Shown: piece by piece, positions 1 through 12,622 of the stretch | Position numbering within the stretch: position 1 is the first letter of the stretch | Layout of the letters: every line of letters starts with the position of its first letter | DNA from: Eledone cirrhosa | Taxonomy: Eukaryota | Reading direction: 5' to 3' | Assembly: GCA_964016885.1 (NCBI GenBank) | Contig: OZ024743.1 | Span: forward strand, 362,328,001 to 362,392,000 | DNA: 64,000 nt | The notes under the pieces: model-generated | Told to the model about the DNA's origin: nothing | What the model saw: only the letters and a program-made list of their open reading frames with translations | The model's database searches: none | Position numbers and translations under genes: made by a program

Positions 1-540
1 AGAATCCACCCCGCCCAAAAGAAAAGCGAAGAAAGAAATACTGAAACGAAAAAATAAGGCATAAGTGCCACTAAGAAATATAGAGGGCACAGAGAATAGT
101 GGGAGCGGTCGGAAAAAGGGGACAAGTATCCGGGGTCTAAACCAACTGCTATAAAGGGCGGAGTCCGCCAAATCTATCATAGACTAGGGGAGGGGTGGGG
201 GTACTTTTTTCTTTACACTTATTTGCTTTTCTTCACTCTCAGTATTTTTTCTTTCCTATATATTTCTACCCCCCATTGTTCTACCTACAATTCCGACTTC
301 CTCCCCCTCCCCCTCCCCTGTATCTTCTTTGACCTCATGCCCAGCTGTAGCTGGCACTACCAACGCTTGATTGGGTCTACTCCACCCCCTCCCCTCTTTC
401 TCCTACTGGCAGGTTTAGCCACCATCTCCCCTACTAATTTGCAACCACAGAGCAGTATTTATATGCATGGGGTTGCAGAACAATAATATGAGAGACGTAA
501 AATAAGAAAATTATAAAATTAACTTTCTTACTAAAATTTC

Positions 541-622
541 ACTCCCAACTAATTAGTTTCTGAAAGGGAATAAACATACTTTCCGAAGAAGTGTACAGAG
601 AAGCTTTTCGTCATCAGGAAGT
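541..622 (-). ncRNA. Type I hammerhead ribozyme (inverted copy)
   Basis: Reverse complement reads acttc-CTGATGA-long stem II-GAAA-ctaattag-TT-gggagt. Confidence 0.65.
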
Positions 623-1195
623 CTATTCTCAGCTAAGTTTCCAGGCAATACGTGGACACAGGGAACTTATACAAAAATAATTCAGTGGATGGAAAAAGCA
701 AAGCGTGGACTAAATTCCAAGTCATTGAGAACATCACTGTGGGAGTGAAATTTTAGTAAGTAAGTTAATTTTATAATTGTCTTATTTTACGTCTCTCATA
801 TTATTGTTCTGCAACCCCATGCATTGAACCACAAAGTTACTAAGACAAAACCTATATATTTGCTAGCATAAGTATGCATCTGTGTATATATGTTATATAT
901 ATGTTACTAGATATACTAATTCTTTATAATTATCTCCAAATTATTTGTCGAGCAAAAATTGGCCAAAACTGCTGCTATAGTAACAGTCCGGCTGCTGTCT
1001 TCTTAACAAACCACTCTCCACTGATTGATCTCGATGTCACGTGATTAATTCTTTTGAATTTGCCACCGACGCAGTAGGCAGTGATTTTCTCAATGGCTTG
1101 GAATTTAGTCCACGCTTTGCTTTTTCCATCCACTGAATTATTTTTGTATAAGTTCCCTGTGTCCACGTATTGCCTGGAAACTTAGCTGAGAATAG

Positions 1196-1278
1196 ACTTC
1201 CCTGATGACGAAAGGCTTCTCTGTACACTTCTTCGGAAAGTATGTTTATTCCCTTTCAGAAACTAATTAGTTGGGAGT
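1196..1278 (+). ncRNA. Type I hammerhead ribozyme with long stem II
   Basis: Stem I acttcc/gggagt; CTGATGA 1202-1208; stem II gaaagg/cctttc with a possible cUUCGg apical loop; GAAA 1259-1262; palindromic stem III aactaattagtt; GUU cleavage after 1272. Confidence 0.75.
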
Positions 1279-1323
1279 GAAATTTTAGTAAGTAAGTTAA
1301 TGTTATAATTTTCTTATTTTACG

Positions 1324-1329
<6 letters not shown>

Positions 1330-1395
<66 letters not shown>
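1330..1395. repeat. (TA)n microsatellite
   Basis: Directly visible. Confidence 0.95.
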
Positions 1396-1398
<3 letters not shown>

Positions 1399-2041
1399 TG
1401 TGTGTGTATGCATGTATATACTTTGTTTTTTGTACTTATTTTTGCAAGAATCTTGATGCGAAATCTTGTATTAAATTAGATATTGATATGCCTTGGAAGC
1501 GACATGCCAACAAAAACATTCGTGCCAGTAGAGTGTCACTTCAGTTTATTATTAGTTAAGTGATTACTCCATTCATCGGTTAGCTCATTGACCGGGTGGT
1601 TGTTTATTTTTAATCGTAAAGGCTCTTTCGCCATCATCTTGTAACTTTCTCAATAACTATTCTTGCTCATCTTTGTCGCTTCTTCGTTCTGGCTCAATCT
1701 ACTCCATCAAAAAGACGAAGTAGGGTAGATACAGCAATATAAATAGAAAGAAGAGACACGGACATGATACAAAGGAGCAGGAATCGTGATTGACATGGTC
1801 ACAGGATGACGAAAGAGGTTTCAAAATTAAGAACTAAACAACCACTAGCTTAACGTACTAACCGATGACTGGATTAGTTACTCAACGAATGTTAATTGCG
1901 AAGAGGAACTAAACTGGTGTGTGCGTTTTTAATAGCAGCACAAACCTCCCAAATTATAACACTATATATATATATACATGTGTGTGTGTGTGTGGTTGAT
2001 GGCTCAGAGAAAAGAATACTAAGTGTCGAAGTAGAGTTTTA

Positions 2042-2190
2042 ATATTCATTTTATTAAGGCTAAATAGTGAGTCGTGTTATTCTGGAGTTTCGTCAGATTA
2101 TCACAGGGCCATCAGACAGGATGACCCAATGATAAACAGGCGAAACTCCGGAGTAATAAGGCTCACTATTTAGTCTTAATAAAATGAATA
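2042..2190. mobile_element. Inverted pair of degenerate HHR-containing PLE 3' ends
   Basis: Arms 2042-2103 and 2130-2190. The + arm has GAAA-ctccggag-TA; the - arm has tgt-CTGATGG...GAAActccagaaTA-aca. TA/TG repeats lie nearby on both sides. Confidence 0.5.
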
Positions 2191-2309
2191 TATATATGTG
2201 TGTGTGTGTGTAAGGTATGTATATTTATACTAATATACGTATTGGCTGTATCTCAGTTTCAAGAATTGCTATACCTTGACCTTTCTCTCATACATTGGTA
2301 ACAAGAACA

Positions 2310-2640
2310 TGCCTTTTTAGCCCGTCCAATGTCTTAGATTCCTTTCTGAATATGCTGCAGCAACACACGTCAAAGTCGTTTAGATCAAATGATATTTGTG
2401 CGTGAAGCTTTTTGTTAATGAAGAAAAGTCTTCCTCTGAACCAATATCACTTTCTGAACAACAGTAACAGGTTTCCAAAAAGAAGAACAGGTCAATATCA
2501 TCGGCTTCCATTGGGCCGCAGGTTTTACATCAGTGTTTTCCATCTCCTAGAATGTTGTCATAACAAGAACTAAGGGTTTGTTACTCGCGGTGGGCTAACC
2601 GCGCGCTCGGACACGAAACCGAATATTTCCATGTGTCTGC
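2310..2640 (-). mobile_element. Diverged fragment of the RTE-derived non-autonomous element
   Basis: Similar to 12000-12300 (gtgaagctttt, aaagaagaacaggtcaatatcatcgg, tctcctagaa...aagaactaaggg). Confidence 0.55.
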
Positions 2641-3727
2641 GCATACAGACATACAAACATACATATATGCGCAGACGTTATATGTATACACACGCAGACA
2701 CATAAACTATACTCACACGCAATAAAAAGTAGCAACAATACATGTGATAATTCCTACAAAGCCAAATGCAACAAAAACAACAGTAACAACATCTGTGAGT
2801 ATTAAAAAGATTTCACTCGATTTAGTCGAGGAATTTTCAAATTCGTTGATCTATGGAATACACTGCTATTAAAATTAACGTGCATGTCGCTGAGTATTGT
2901 ACATAATTAAAACAAATCTCAAAGCGATTCAACATGGTATAGCTTGTGACAAATCTGGCTCTTTGAATTTCAGACGGGGTTCATCCGTCTTACTTTCAAA
3001 TAATTTCCGTTTACCCAATGTCACTCACGATATTGACCCGAGGTTTGGTAAATGACACGCAGTGAGATCAAACCCACAAACTTATGACTGTGAAGTGCTG
3101 AGTCCACTAACTATAATTATTCTAATAACTGCAACAACTAATTTCATAATTACTACAACTTTGATGGTTGCTACAAAAACAACAGCTGTAACAACTACGT
3201 CAACAACCGTGATGATTTCTTACGACAATAATGGTGTGATTTGAAGGAAATTTAAACTGCCATTTCTTGTAGATCGAGTTACTTCATAGATGCTCTCTCG
3301 TTGGGTTTTAATGTGCCAATCAAATACTGGAGTGAATTCAATAAATTTTGATATTGTACCTATGTTAGAAATCTCCGCAAATATTAATAGATCGATCAGA
3401 GCTGGTAGAGTGACAAACAACAAATGTTTATATTATATAAAGTAATTTCAGAAATGAACAAAACAAAAGATTTGAAGGTTATATGACGATTCATTTTACA
3501 GTACGAAGAAGAAAGAGAGGAAAACTCACCTTTCACAAAAAAAAAAAAAACATGAAGAAGAAATCTTCGTTGACGAGTGAGTATTTGATGCATATTTGTC
3601 TTCTGAGTTCAACGTTTAACTCTCTCGATTTTGTTTTTTATCCTTCCGGGAATTTTGTTGCAGCTGTCATTAAACAAACATATGATCGAAAGCATTCCAG
3701 CTATTATAATCACGTTTTTATTTCTTA

Positions 3728-4955
3728 CTAGCAGCAGGAACCGGTGTTGCACGGGGTAGGAAACGTGAAATAGCAACGCATATTCAAAGATTGAGGAATG
3801 TAGCTGTGTACTTTTTGAATTCCCTTATTCTCAGGGAATGATTGTTCATCTACTGGAAACGTAGAATACCAGCAGGCCCGAATAGTGAAACATCTGCATG
3901 CTTGTGCAAAATCTTAAGAAAATCAGCTGGATACTCTTTAAGCGTAATAAATCTTAGAGTATGATTTTTCTTCCATTTGGAGAAAATCAGTTAGGTACTT
4001 TTCGAGCTTTATAGATTCGCACCCAGTCATCCGGACATACGTCATCAGTTATGTCTATTGCACCTGCATGCATACTGTACAGAGTAAAGCCTGTATGCTT
4101 GAGTAAGACATGTCATGCAACCGCACAACATGTTGGGCCTTCCCCACAGGAGACCATAGCCTCTTCGTAAATCTACCCAATCTGATATAGACCGAACTGT
4201 TATATCGGATGCCGAACGCTTCGGAATTACTATTGGAGTCACCATCAACAATTTCAAGTGGGGGTCACCGCGGAATTAGCACAACCGCTGTTCGGCGTAC
4301 TTGCGCAAGGCGTTCATACTGCGGTGTAGGTGCAACAAAAGGGGTCTTAGTAGAAGTAGCACAGACGTGAATTTTACGGTGTCACTAACACGGCAACGTA
4401 CACAGGGCCCAGTTTTGCGCATGATGAAAGCACGAAGTGTCAACAGGGCGCCGACAAAAATCTTAAGGGCCTCCTCATTTCCTCAATCACCCGAAAATGG
4501 TCATGCTTAAAAGTAAGTAAGTGTTGTGTCCTCTATTAAATAAACCAAATTTTTAACGAAATATTATACGCTACTTACAATGTTTAAGTAGCGTTCATAT
4601 TGGAAATGAAAATGGCATGTAATGCACAATGCTGATTCGTATATTTCCTAGAAGCGATTAATGGAATCGGAAATTCTTTTTGTCCACAGCAATGCGAGGG
4701 GACTAACTAATGTGTGTTGCAAATTTCGAGGAAATTGGCTGGATTATCTTTAAGTTACACCTCAAAAAAGCCTTAAAATGCCTTTAAAATGCGGTTTTTC
4801 GCCTAATGCAGAAAAAATAAAAAATTCTTTAGCCCATTGCACTTCAAGAAATATAAGTAACGCATGTGTAAAGTTTGAAAAAACGGTCGGGTACTTCTTG
4901 AGTTTTAGAGATTTACACAGACAGACAGAGATCCTCTGTTTTATATATATAGAGA
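3728..4955 (-). mobile_element. Non-autonomous Helitron
   Basis: - strand begins A|TCtctatatatataaaacagagg followed by a ctgt repeat, and ends with a GC-rich subterminal hairpin and CTAG|T. Confidence 0.65.
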
Positions 4956-5359
4956 TATACATAATCCAAAACTTCCTTCCTTTTATAAGATGGTAGAGTT
5001 TCTGTTGAGAGTAATTCGGCTGCTGTTTTCAGCAGGTCGAGTGACCATGTTGGAGCTCCATCCTTCCTGGATCGATAAAATGTAAAGCTGGTTGTGTACA
5101 GGGAGCGATTTAATCGACTACATTTCCATAGAAACACAATAGCAGTAATAATAATTTAACAATGATGAGGGTATGATAGTGATGTGTATGATACCAATGA
5201 TGATGATGATGATGATAGCAGTAAAGCATAAAGAAAGCAATACAAGACAAAACACACTGTTGTGTAGGGAACTGACAAATATAAGATTTAAATAACCAAA
5301 ATACAAAAGAAATAAACGTAAGTTTACGTTGAAGGATGAAATTAAATATAAATGTGAGA

Positions 5360-5800
5360 GTTGAGGAATAAAATGTAGAATAAAAAAAATTCCTGACGGA
5401 AAAAAACACCAACAAATGCTTTAAGCTAGAGAATGACGTAGAAGCTCACGATTGAACTACAGAAGAACATAGGCACCTCATGTAAGAAACACATATGCAA
5501 CGAAAGTATGGCAATAAGGCAACATGTAACCAACTATGAAGACCTGCTAAATATTGTAAAGAAAAGAAAATGCAGATTGTAAGCCCTTGTGACAAGATCT
5601 GATAGATTGAAAAAGATAATCCTCTAAGAAACAGATCTGGGAAAAAGAAGGCAAGGATATCGAAAGAAGATATAGGTGGATAACATAAAAGCATGAATCA
5701 CAATAAAGATGAGATGAAGGAGGAAGTACACTGTTCCACACTGCAGCATAGCCACGACCTGGAGATTCAAGGGGTAAATGATGTGAAGTGAAGTAGAGAT
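5360..5800 (+). mobile_element. RTE-X-like LINE 3' remnant
   Basis: Stop-interrupted translation IRQHVTNYEDLLNIVKKRKCRL*ALVTRSD...GKRRQG...VDNIK resembles an RTE/RTE-X C-terminus. Confidence 0.5.
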
Positions 5801-6022
5801 AGTCAGAAGGATTAACAGGAGAATGAAGATAATACAACCTCATTGAACCCAGAGCTCATCATCCAACATCTGGATGTTTCAATAACTCAATATATTTTCG
5901 TTGATTATTTTCTAATATTTTCGGATTCTTTACGTTATGTGGCTCGTATTATTTCAACTGTATCAATTGTCGGAGTTGGTTTAAAACCTATAACAAATCT
6001 ATACCTTCATGAAACTAAATAA

Positions 6023-6105
6023 TATACATACATACATACATACATACATACATACATACATACATACATACATACATACATACATACATACATACATACA
6101 TACAT
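6023..6105. repeat. (TACA)n microsatellite, the tail of a - strand RTE derivative
   Basis: Directly visible; abuts tatggctgccccctcgttatcgag. Confidence 0.9.
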
Positions 6106-6204
6106 TATGGCTGCCCCCTCGTTATCGAGTATGGCCATTGCACGAGGGAAAAATAAAAAAATTAATTAATAAATAAAAAATAAAATAAAAATAAAAAAAA
6201 GAAA

Positions 6205-6244
<40 letters not shown>

Positions 6245-6500
6245 CATATACACATACATATATACACACACATATATATATATATATACACACATATACA
6301 TTAATAACAATAATAATAATAATAATAACAACAATAATAATAACGACAACAACAATAATAATATACATATACATATACACATACACGCACACACATAAAC
6401 ATATCTATACATACACACACGATAGCAACTAACAGCGCTGCAATCGAATGTAGCTTTTTAGCCCAGCCAATGATCTAAAATGTCTTGCACAGAGTCGGCA
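6106..6500 (-). mobile_element. RTE-derived element 3' fragment split by simple repeats
   Basis: - strand 3' end atggccatactcgataacgagggggcagcc followed by (atgt)n; 6430-6500 resembles 11965-12030. Confidence 0.55.
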
Positions 6501-6714
6501 ACCAAAACATTCACTGGGAATAGTCGGCTGTGGCTGGAGTTCGTGTACTTTTGCATGTCGCTTGAGCCCTCCTGCTGATTTACATTTTCCATTTACTTAC
6601 ATCTCAATATAACATAGCTAAAATTCAAATTTTGCACACATACATACATACATACATACATACATACATACATACATACATACATACATACATACATACA
6701 TACATACATACATA

Positions 6715-8708
6715 GGTGTGGGGTTGCATAGATCACCTACTAACTAATAAAATGATTCAAGAAAAAACAACAAAGAATCGCAGAAACATGACTGTGGTGT
6801 GGCTGGACTATCAAAAAGCATTTGATAGTGTACCTCATGGGTGGATTGTTAAGGCTTTACAGTTAGCCAAAGTCCCACAACCACTGGTAGCTGTTGTTGA
6901 ACGTCTGACCAAGAACTGGTACACCAATTTGATCCTTAGAGGTGAGAAGGAGCAAGTTAAGACTGATAAGATACATTACCAGAAGGGCATCTTTCAGGGT
7001 GATAGCTTGTCAGTGCTACTCTTCGTTCTCTCACTAAATCCACTATCTTACCTACTAAAGAAACAAGGTGGACAAAGAAGTGGGTTCAGAAGTATCTCCC
7101 ATCTTTTCTTTGTTGATGACCTGAAGTTGTATGGGCCAAATATCAATGACATCAAGAAACAATTGGACCTCATTACACAATTTTCAACAAACATCAAAAT
7201 GAAATTTGGTGAGTCCAAGTGTACATATTTGGCAGTAAAACGTGGAATAGCTGTGCCCTCCTCTAGAAATCTAGAGATGAACGGCCTGTCAATACAACCT
7301 CTACAGTCAGGTGACAACTACAGATATCTTGGACAGGATGAGAATGTCAGATATGATGGACCCATAAATAAGGAGAGAACCAGAACTGAATACCTCAGAA
7401 GAGTAAAGAAAATATGGTCATCAGAACTGTCAGCGTACAACAAATACATTGCCCACAATACTTATGCTGTGCCAATTCTAACGCCAACATTTGGCCTACT
7501 GAACTGGTCATTGCAAGAACTAAGTGAGATGGATGTTAGAACTCGCAAACTTCTCAGTGTTACTGGAAACTTTAACATCAATGGTGATGTGGATAGGCTA
7601 TACTTCTCACGCAAGGAAGGTGGCCGGGGTCTAAAATCCATATTAACATCATATGAGACCCGGATAGTAACACTGAAGCAACATCTTCAACAGAGAAAAA
7701 AAGTTGGCAACCATCTTGCCCAGGTTTATGAGCAGGAAAAAAAATATCATTAGAATAGCGACTGATCTGGAGGAATAAAGCCTGATATAAATCTCTCACC
7801 CAGAGAAATCGGAAGATCCTATTTAATGTTCAAACAAGATGAAAAAATTGACCAATTTACAGAAAAAGTTGTGCATGGATACTTGAGACGTAAAACACTG
7901 ACCATAGAGGGGATAAACCACTCAAAAAGCCTGGCATGGAGTTCCGACAAGTTTATGACATCACACCTTGCGGGATATCTCTATGCAATACAGGAACAAG
8001 AACTCCCTACCAAATATCTGCTGCACAAAAGGGGAGGGCCATCAGCAGACAATAAATGTAGGCTATGTAAAACAAAGATCGAGGATGTAAGCCACATTGT
8101 TGCCAGCTGCGAAAGAATGTCATCTCGCTACTACCTCCCATGAGACACGATGGGATAGCTAGAACCATCTGGAATGTACTTCGGAAAACAAAATTAACAA
8201 CAAACGAGGAAGAATATATTGAGACAGATGGTACTAAGGAATACGGGTGGAACCTGAAAATAAAAACTGCCACCAAATTAAAGCACAACCGGACTGATAT
8301 TGTTGTTTGGGACCACACATTGAAAACGTGTTCTGTTGTGGAGATCAGCTGCCCACTTGATGTAAACGTTGTCAGAAAAATACAGGAGAAGGAGGACATC
8401 TACGGACCATTGATGGGGAGTTTACAAATCCAGTATCCAAGATACACATTTAGCTTCATACCCATCATTATTGGAGCTACGGGTTATATACCAACCCGCT
8501 TGGACCAAAGTATGACTGAACTTGGATTTGCGGACAAAGAGCGCAGCTCCCTAATTCATAGTCTGCAAGTGGTTGCGATAGCTGGCACCTTCAAAATTTG
8601 CAAAACATTCTTGCGATTCAAGGGATGACAATTTTTTTCTTTTACAACCTTGCCACCAGGAAGGTGGCCGGTTAAAAATAATATACTCGAAATTAAGAGA
8701 AAGAGATA
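6715..8708 (+). mobile_element. 5'-truncated R4/Dong-like non-LTR retrotransposon (RT + RLE), family A
   Basis: ORFs 6716-7753 (WLDYQKAFDSVPH, GIFQGDSLS, FVDD, GGRGL), 7826-8143 (CRLC...HIVASC) and 8140-8628 (RHD, HNRTDIVVWD, VEISCP); flanked by (TACA)n on both sides. Confidence 0.9.
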
Positions 8709-8719
8709 ACATACATACA

Positions 8720-9297
8720 TGATGGCTGCACCCTCGTTATCGAGTATGGCCATTGCACGATATAACATTATTAATAATTATGAATTAATGCTATCATGCA
8801 ATGCCTGTGCGTGAAGATTTTTTTTCAAGTGAGGCAAGACTGTGCACTGAGACAATCCCACTCTCTGGGCGACAATAGCTATAACCCGAAAAGAAGAAAA
8901 TATCAGCATCATCAGTAACTACTGAGCCGCAGGTTTTATGTCCGAGTTATCCCAGTTTCTTGAGTTGCCTTCTCCTAGAAGAATGCCCTGACAAGGGCTA
9001 GGGGTCCTTCACACCCGGTGGTTTAACCGTTCGATCGGGTATCCAGTTTGATTATTTCTATGTCCCCGCGCATATATACACATATGTATACATATATACA
9101 TATACACATATATACATATGTATATATATCTTTACACATTTTTGGATGGCCGTTGACTCTCATGAGTTCTTTTGCCCTTTGACAGGTTTTGTTTTTTTTC
9201 CTGCATGGTGTCCAAAATCACCGTCCTCCCCAAGTAAACTTGGTGGGGTTGCCGAGGACCCAACCATGCTACAAGTTGCATTCAAGAATGACCCGAC
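8720..9297 (-). mobile_element. RTE-derived bipartite element, diverged copy
   Basis: 3' end matches 6106-6150; 8800-9290 aligns by eye with 12120-12450. Confidence 0.65.
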
Positions 9298-9314
9298 ATA
9301 ATACATACATACAT

Positions 9315-10230
9315 AAGGATACGCTTTTGCAATCCAAGTACAGGAGATTAACACGAAATACCTGATTCACAAAAGAGATAGGGATGCAGGAAAAACACCT
9401 AGATGTGATAACAAGTGCAGACTCTGCAGAATTAACATCGAGGATATCACCCATATCATTAGCAGCTGTCCAAAGATGTCATCGCGGAACTATCTACCTA
9501 TGAGGCATGATGTAGTGGCCAAAACACTGTACAATACAGTTCGAAAAAAAGATAGCCCCGATATTAAACACATTAAAAGCTACAGCAATGTGGAAGACAT
9601 CCATGAACATAATATGAAAGAGTACTGGTGGAATGTTCCAGTAAAAACCCCAGTAAAATGCAGGTATAACAGACCAGATATTATGATATGGGACAGGGAG
9701 AAGAAAGCATGCACAGTAGTGGAAATTAGCTGCCCAGCAGATGCCATTATCAAAGATTAGCGAAAAGGAGAATATTTATGCAGAACTGATGAGAAATCTG
9801 CAGATACTCCACCCTTATTACACCTTCAGATTTATGCCTGTGATTATTGGGGCACTGGGGTATGTTAGTAACTGCCTCAATACAAATCTGGAGAAGCTAG
9901 GCTTCACAGGAACAGAAAGAATACAACTAGTTAGGAAATTACAAGTACAATCCATTAATGGAACAGTAAAAATATGTAAAAGATTCCAAACATTTTGCAT
10001 CTAATAACTGCATATACACATGTACAGATACAAAGCATATACACATGCACACATACAACTCAAAACATCCACATCCACACATACAATAACATCCATATCT
10101 ACACATGCAGACATACATACATATCTACCTAGTTGATGTTGTGTAAATTCCAATGAGAGAGTCTTGTGTCTATGTTAGAAACCGACTCTCTCTCTATTGG
10201 TAAAATTTGTGAAATTATAAAACCAGAAGA
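9315..10230 (+). mobile_element. 5'-truncated R4/Dong-like element, family B copy 1
   Basis: CCHC and RLE remnants (RHD, NRPDIMIWD, VEISCP); 3' end gaaattataaaaccagaagaa followed by (CATA)n. Confidence 0.9.
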
Positions 10231-10270
10231 ACATACATACATAAATACCTACATACATACATACATACAT

Positions 10271-11830
10271 ACTCTCTGCACACAATAAACAGTAGCTCAC
10301 AATGTGTTTGCTGTGCCTGTCCTAACACCAACGTTTGGAATAATCAATTGGACGATAGACGAAATCCGAGCAATTGATGTTAAAACTCGAAAAATCTTAA
10401 ACTACACCGGAAACTTACACATCAACAGTGACATAGATCGCCTCTACTTGAAACGTAAGCAGGGAGGCAGAGGCCTAACATCAGTCCAGACAGCATTTGA
10501 ATGTCGCATCATATCCCTCCGACAAGATTTACGAATCTCGAAGCGTAGGAACCCATCCATTGAGCAAATCTGTCTGCATGAGACAGATAAGATCATGAGA
10601 GGTGGGAAGGAACTGCTTGAAAGATACTCCCTGCAATCAAAAACTCACACCCAGAGAAATTGCCCAGCAATACATAATTCATTTTACAAGGATTTGCTAC
10701 AAACTGCATGGTTGGACACAATATCAACAACAACATCAGTGGAATACCGAAGAAAAACGAGAAAGGTAAACAAATTTTATTCAGTTGTAGCTACAGAAGA
10801 AACCAAGATTATAAATCTGTGGATGAAAAACTGCATACTTATCAGCAAAATATCATGCATGGATATGTTGCCAGGAAGCTCCAGGGTGAGAGTAATATAG
10901 ATAAAGTAGTCTATCTTGGACCAACAACCGCTATATTGGCCCCCACTTTGAAGGATATGCTTTTGCAATCCAACAGAAAATCAACGCAAAATACCTGATT
11001 CACAAAAGAGATAGGGATGCAGGCCAAACACCTAGATGTGACAACAAATGCAGACTCTGCAGGATTAACATCGAGGATGTCACTCATAAGCAGCTGTCCA
11101 AAAATATCGTCACGGTACTATCTACTAAGCATGATTTAGTGGTCAAAACACTGTACAATGCAATCCGTAGAAAAGATATCCCCGACAATAAACACATTAA
11201 AAGTTATCGCAAAGTGGAAGACATACACATACATAATATGAAAGAGTACTGGTTGAATGTTCCAGTCGAAACCCCAATAAAATGCAGGCATAACAGACCA
11301 GATATGATGATATGGGACAGGGAAAAGAAGGCATGCCCTGTGGTGGAAGTTAGGTGCCCAGCATAGGCTAATATAATATTAAAGTTTAGCGAAAAGGAAA
11401 ATATTTATGCAAAACTAATGAGAAATCTGCAGATATTCCACCCTGATTATACCTTCAGATTTATACCTGTGATTATTGGGGCACTGGGATATGCTAGTAA
11501 CTGCCTCAGCAAAAATCTTGAGAAGATAGGCTTCACAGAAACAGAAAGAACACGACTAGTTAGGAAATTACAAGTACAATCCATTAATGGAACAGTAAAA
11601 ATATGTAAAACATTCCAAAAATTCTACATCTAATAACTGTGTGTACACATGTACAGATACAAAGCTTATACACATGCACACATATAACTCAAAACATACA
11701 CCTCCACACATACAATTACATCCATATCTACACACAGATGTATGCATGCAGACATGCAAACATATCTACCTAGTTGTTGTTGTGTAAATTCCAATTGGCA
11801 AAACTTTGTGAAATTATAAAACCAGAAGAA
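10271..11830 (+). mobile_element. 5'-truncated R4/Dong-like element, family B copy 2
   Basis: ORF fragments 10304-10900, 11139-11366 and 11418-11633; same 3' end as copy 1; (TACA)n on both flanks. Confidence 0.9.
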
Positions 11831-11903
11831 TATACATACATACATACATACATACATACATACATACATACATACATACATACATACATACATACATACA
11901 TAC

Positions 11904-12508
11904 ATGGTGGCTGCCAACTCGTTTTCGAGTACGGCCACTACTTTATATCCATGTAGGAGCACCCCTACCGATGCGCTGAACGAGTGTGACTTTTTAGTCC
12001 AGCCAGTGACTTGAAAACTCTGGTACAAACACTATACTTGTGACAATTATTGACACAGTGCTGGGCCCATGGTACCATGTGACGATAAGTGCAGAGAGAT
12101 CTCCAGATATAAAGCAATACCTGTGCTGTGAAGCTTTTATAGTGAGCAACGGCACTGCACAAAGCCAGTCCCACTCTCTTAACCAAGATGATATTTACCA
12201 AAAAGAAGAACAAGTCAACATCATTGGATACCATCAGGGTTGCAGGTGTTATATCAGAGTTTTCCTTCTCCTAGAATTCTGCCTTGACAAAGGCTAAGGG
12301 GTCATCTCTCCCGGTGATTTTGGATGGCTATTGACTCTTAAGAGCTCATTTGCCCTTTGACAGGTTTTGTTTTTAGTCCTACAGGATGTCCAAAGTCACC
12401 CTCCTCACCAAGAAACCTTGGTGGGGTTGCCAGTTTAGTCGCCAACAACCCGAGCATGAGACAGGTTGTACTGGGATACATGTTACCAGTAGCACCAACT
12501 GGTGACCA
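11904..12508 (-). mobile_element. ~600-bp bipartite non-autonomous RTE derivative (5' UTR joined to 3' end), apparently full length
   Basis: RTE-type 5' UTR motif aaggcagaattctaggagaaggaaaactctga; C2H2-like remnant CTRVFKSLAGLKSHTRSAH; RTE-like 3' end ggccgtactcgaaaacgag...cagccacc followed by (atgt)n. Confidence 0.7.
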
Positions 12509-12622
12509 GACATACATACATACATACATACATACATACATACATACATACATACATACATACATACATACATACATACATACATACATACATACATACA
12601 TACATACATAATGATATATATA

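Larger units (their letters stand above)
462..1332 (+). mobile_element. Non-coding HHR-bearing retrozyme-like / non-autonomous PLE unit with an inverted partial copy at its 5' side
   Basis: 741-1332 has a terminal direct repeat (gggagtgaaattttagtaag... at 741 and 1273). 462-739 is the reverse complement of 1079-1332 extended by the sequence seen at 800-824. The unit ends in (TA)n at 1330-1395. Confidence 0.75.
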
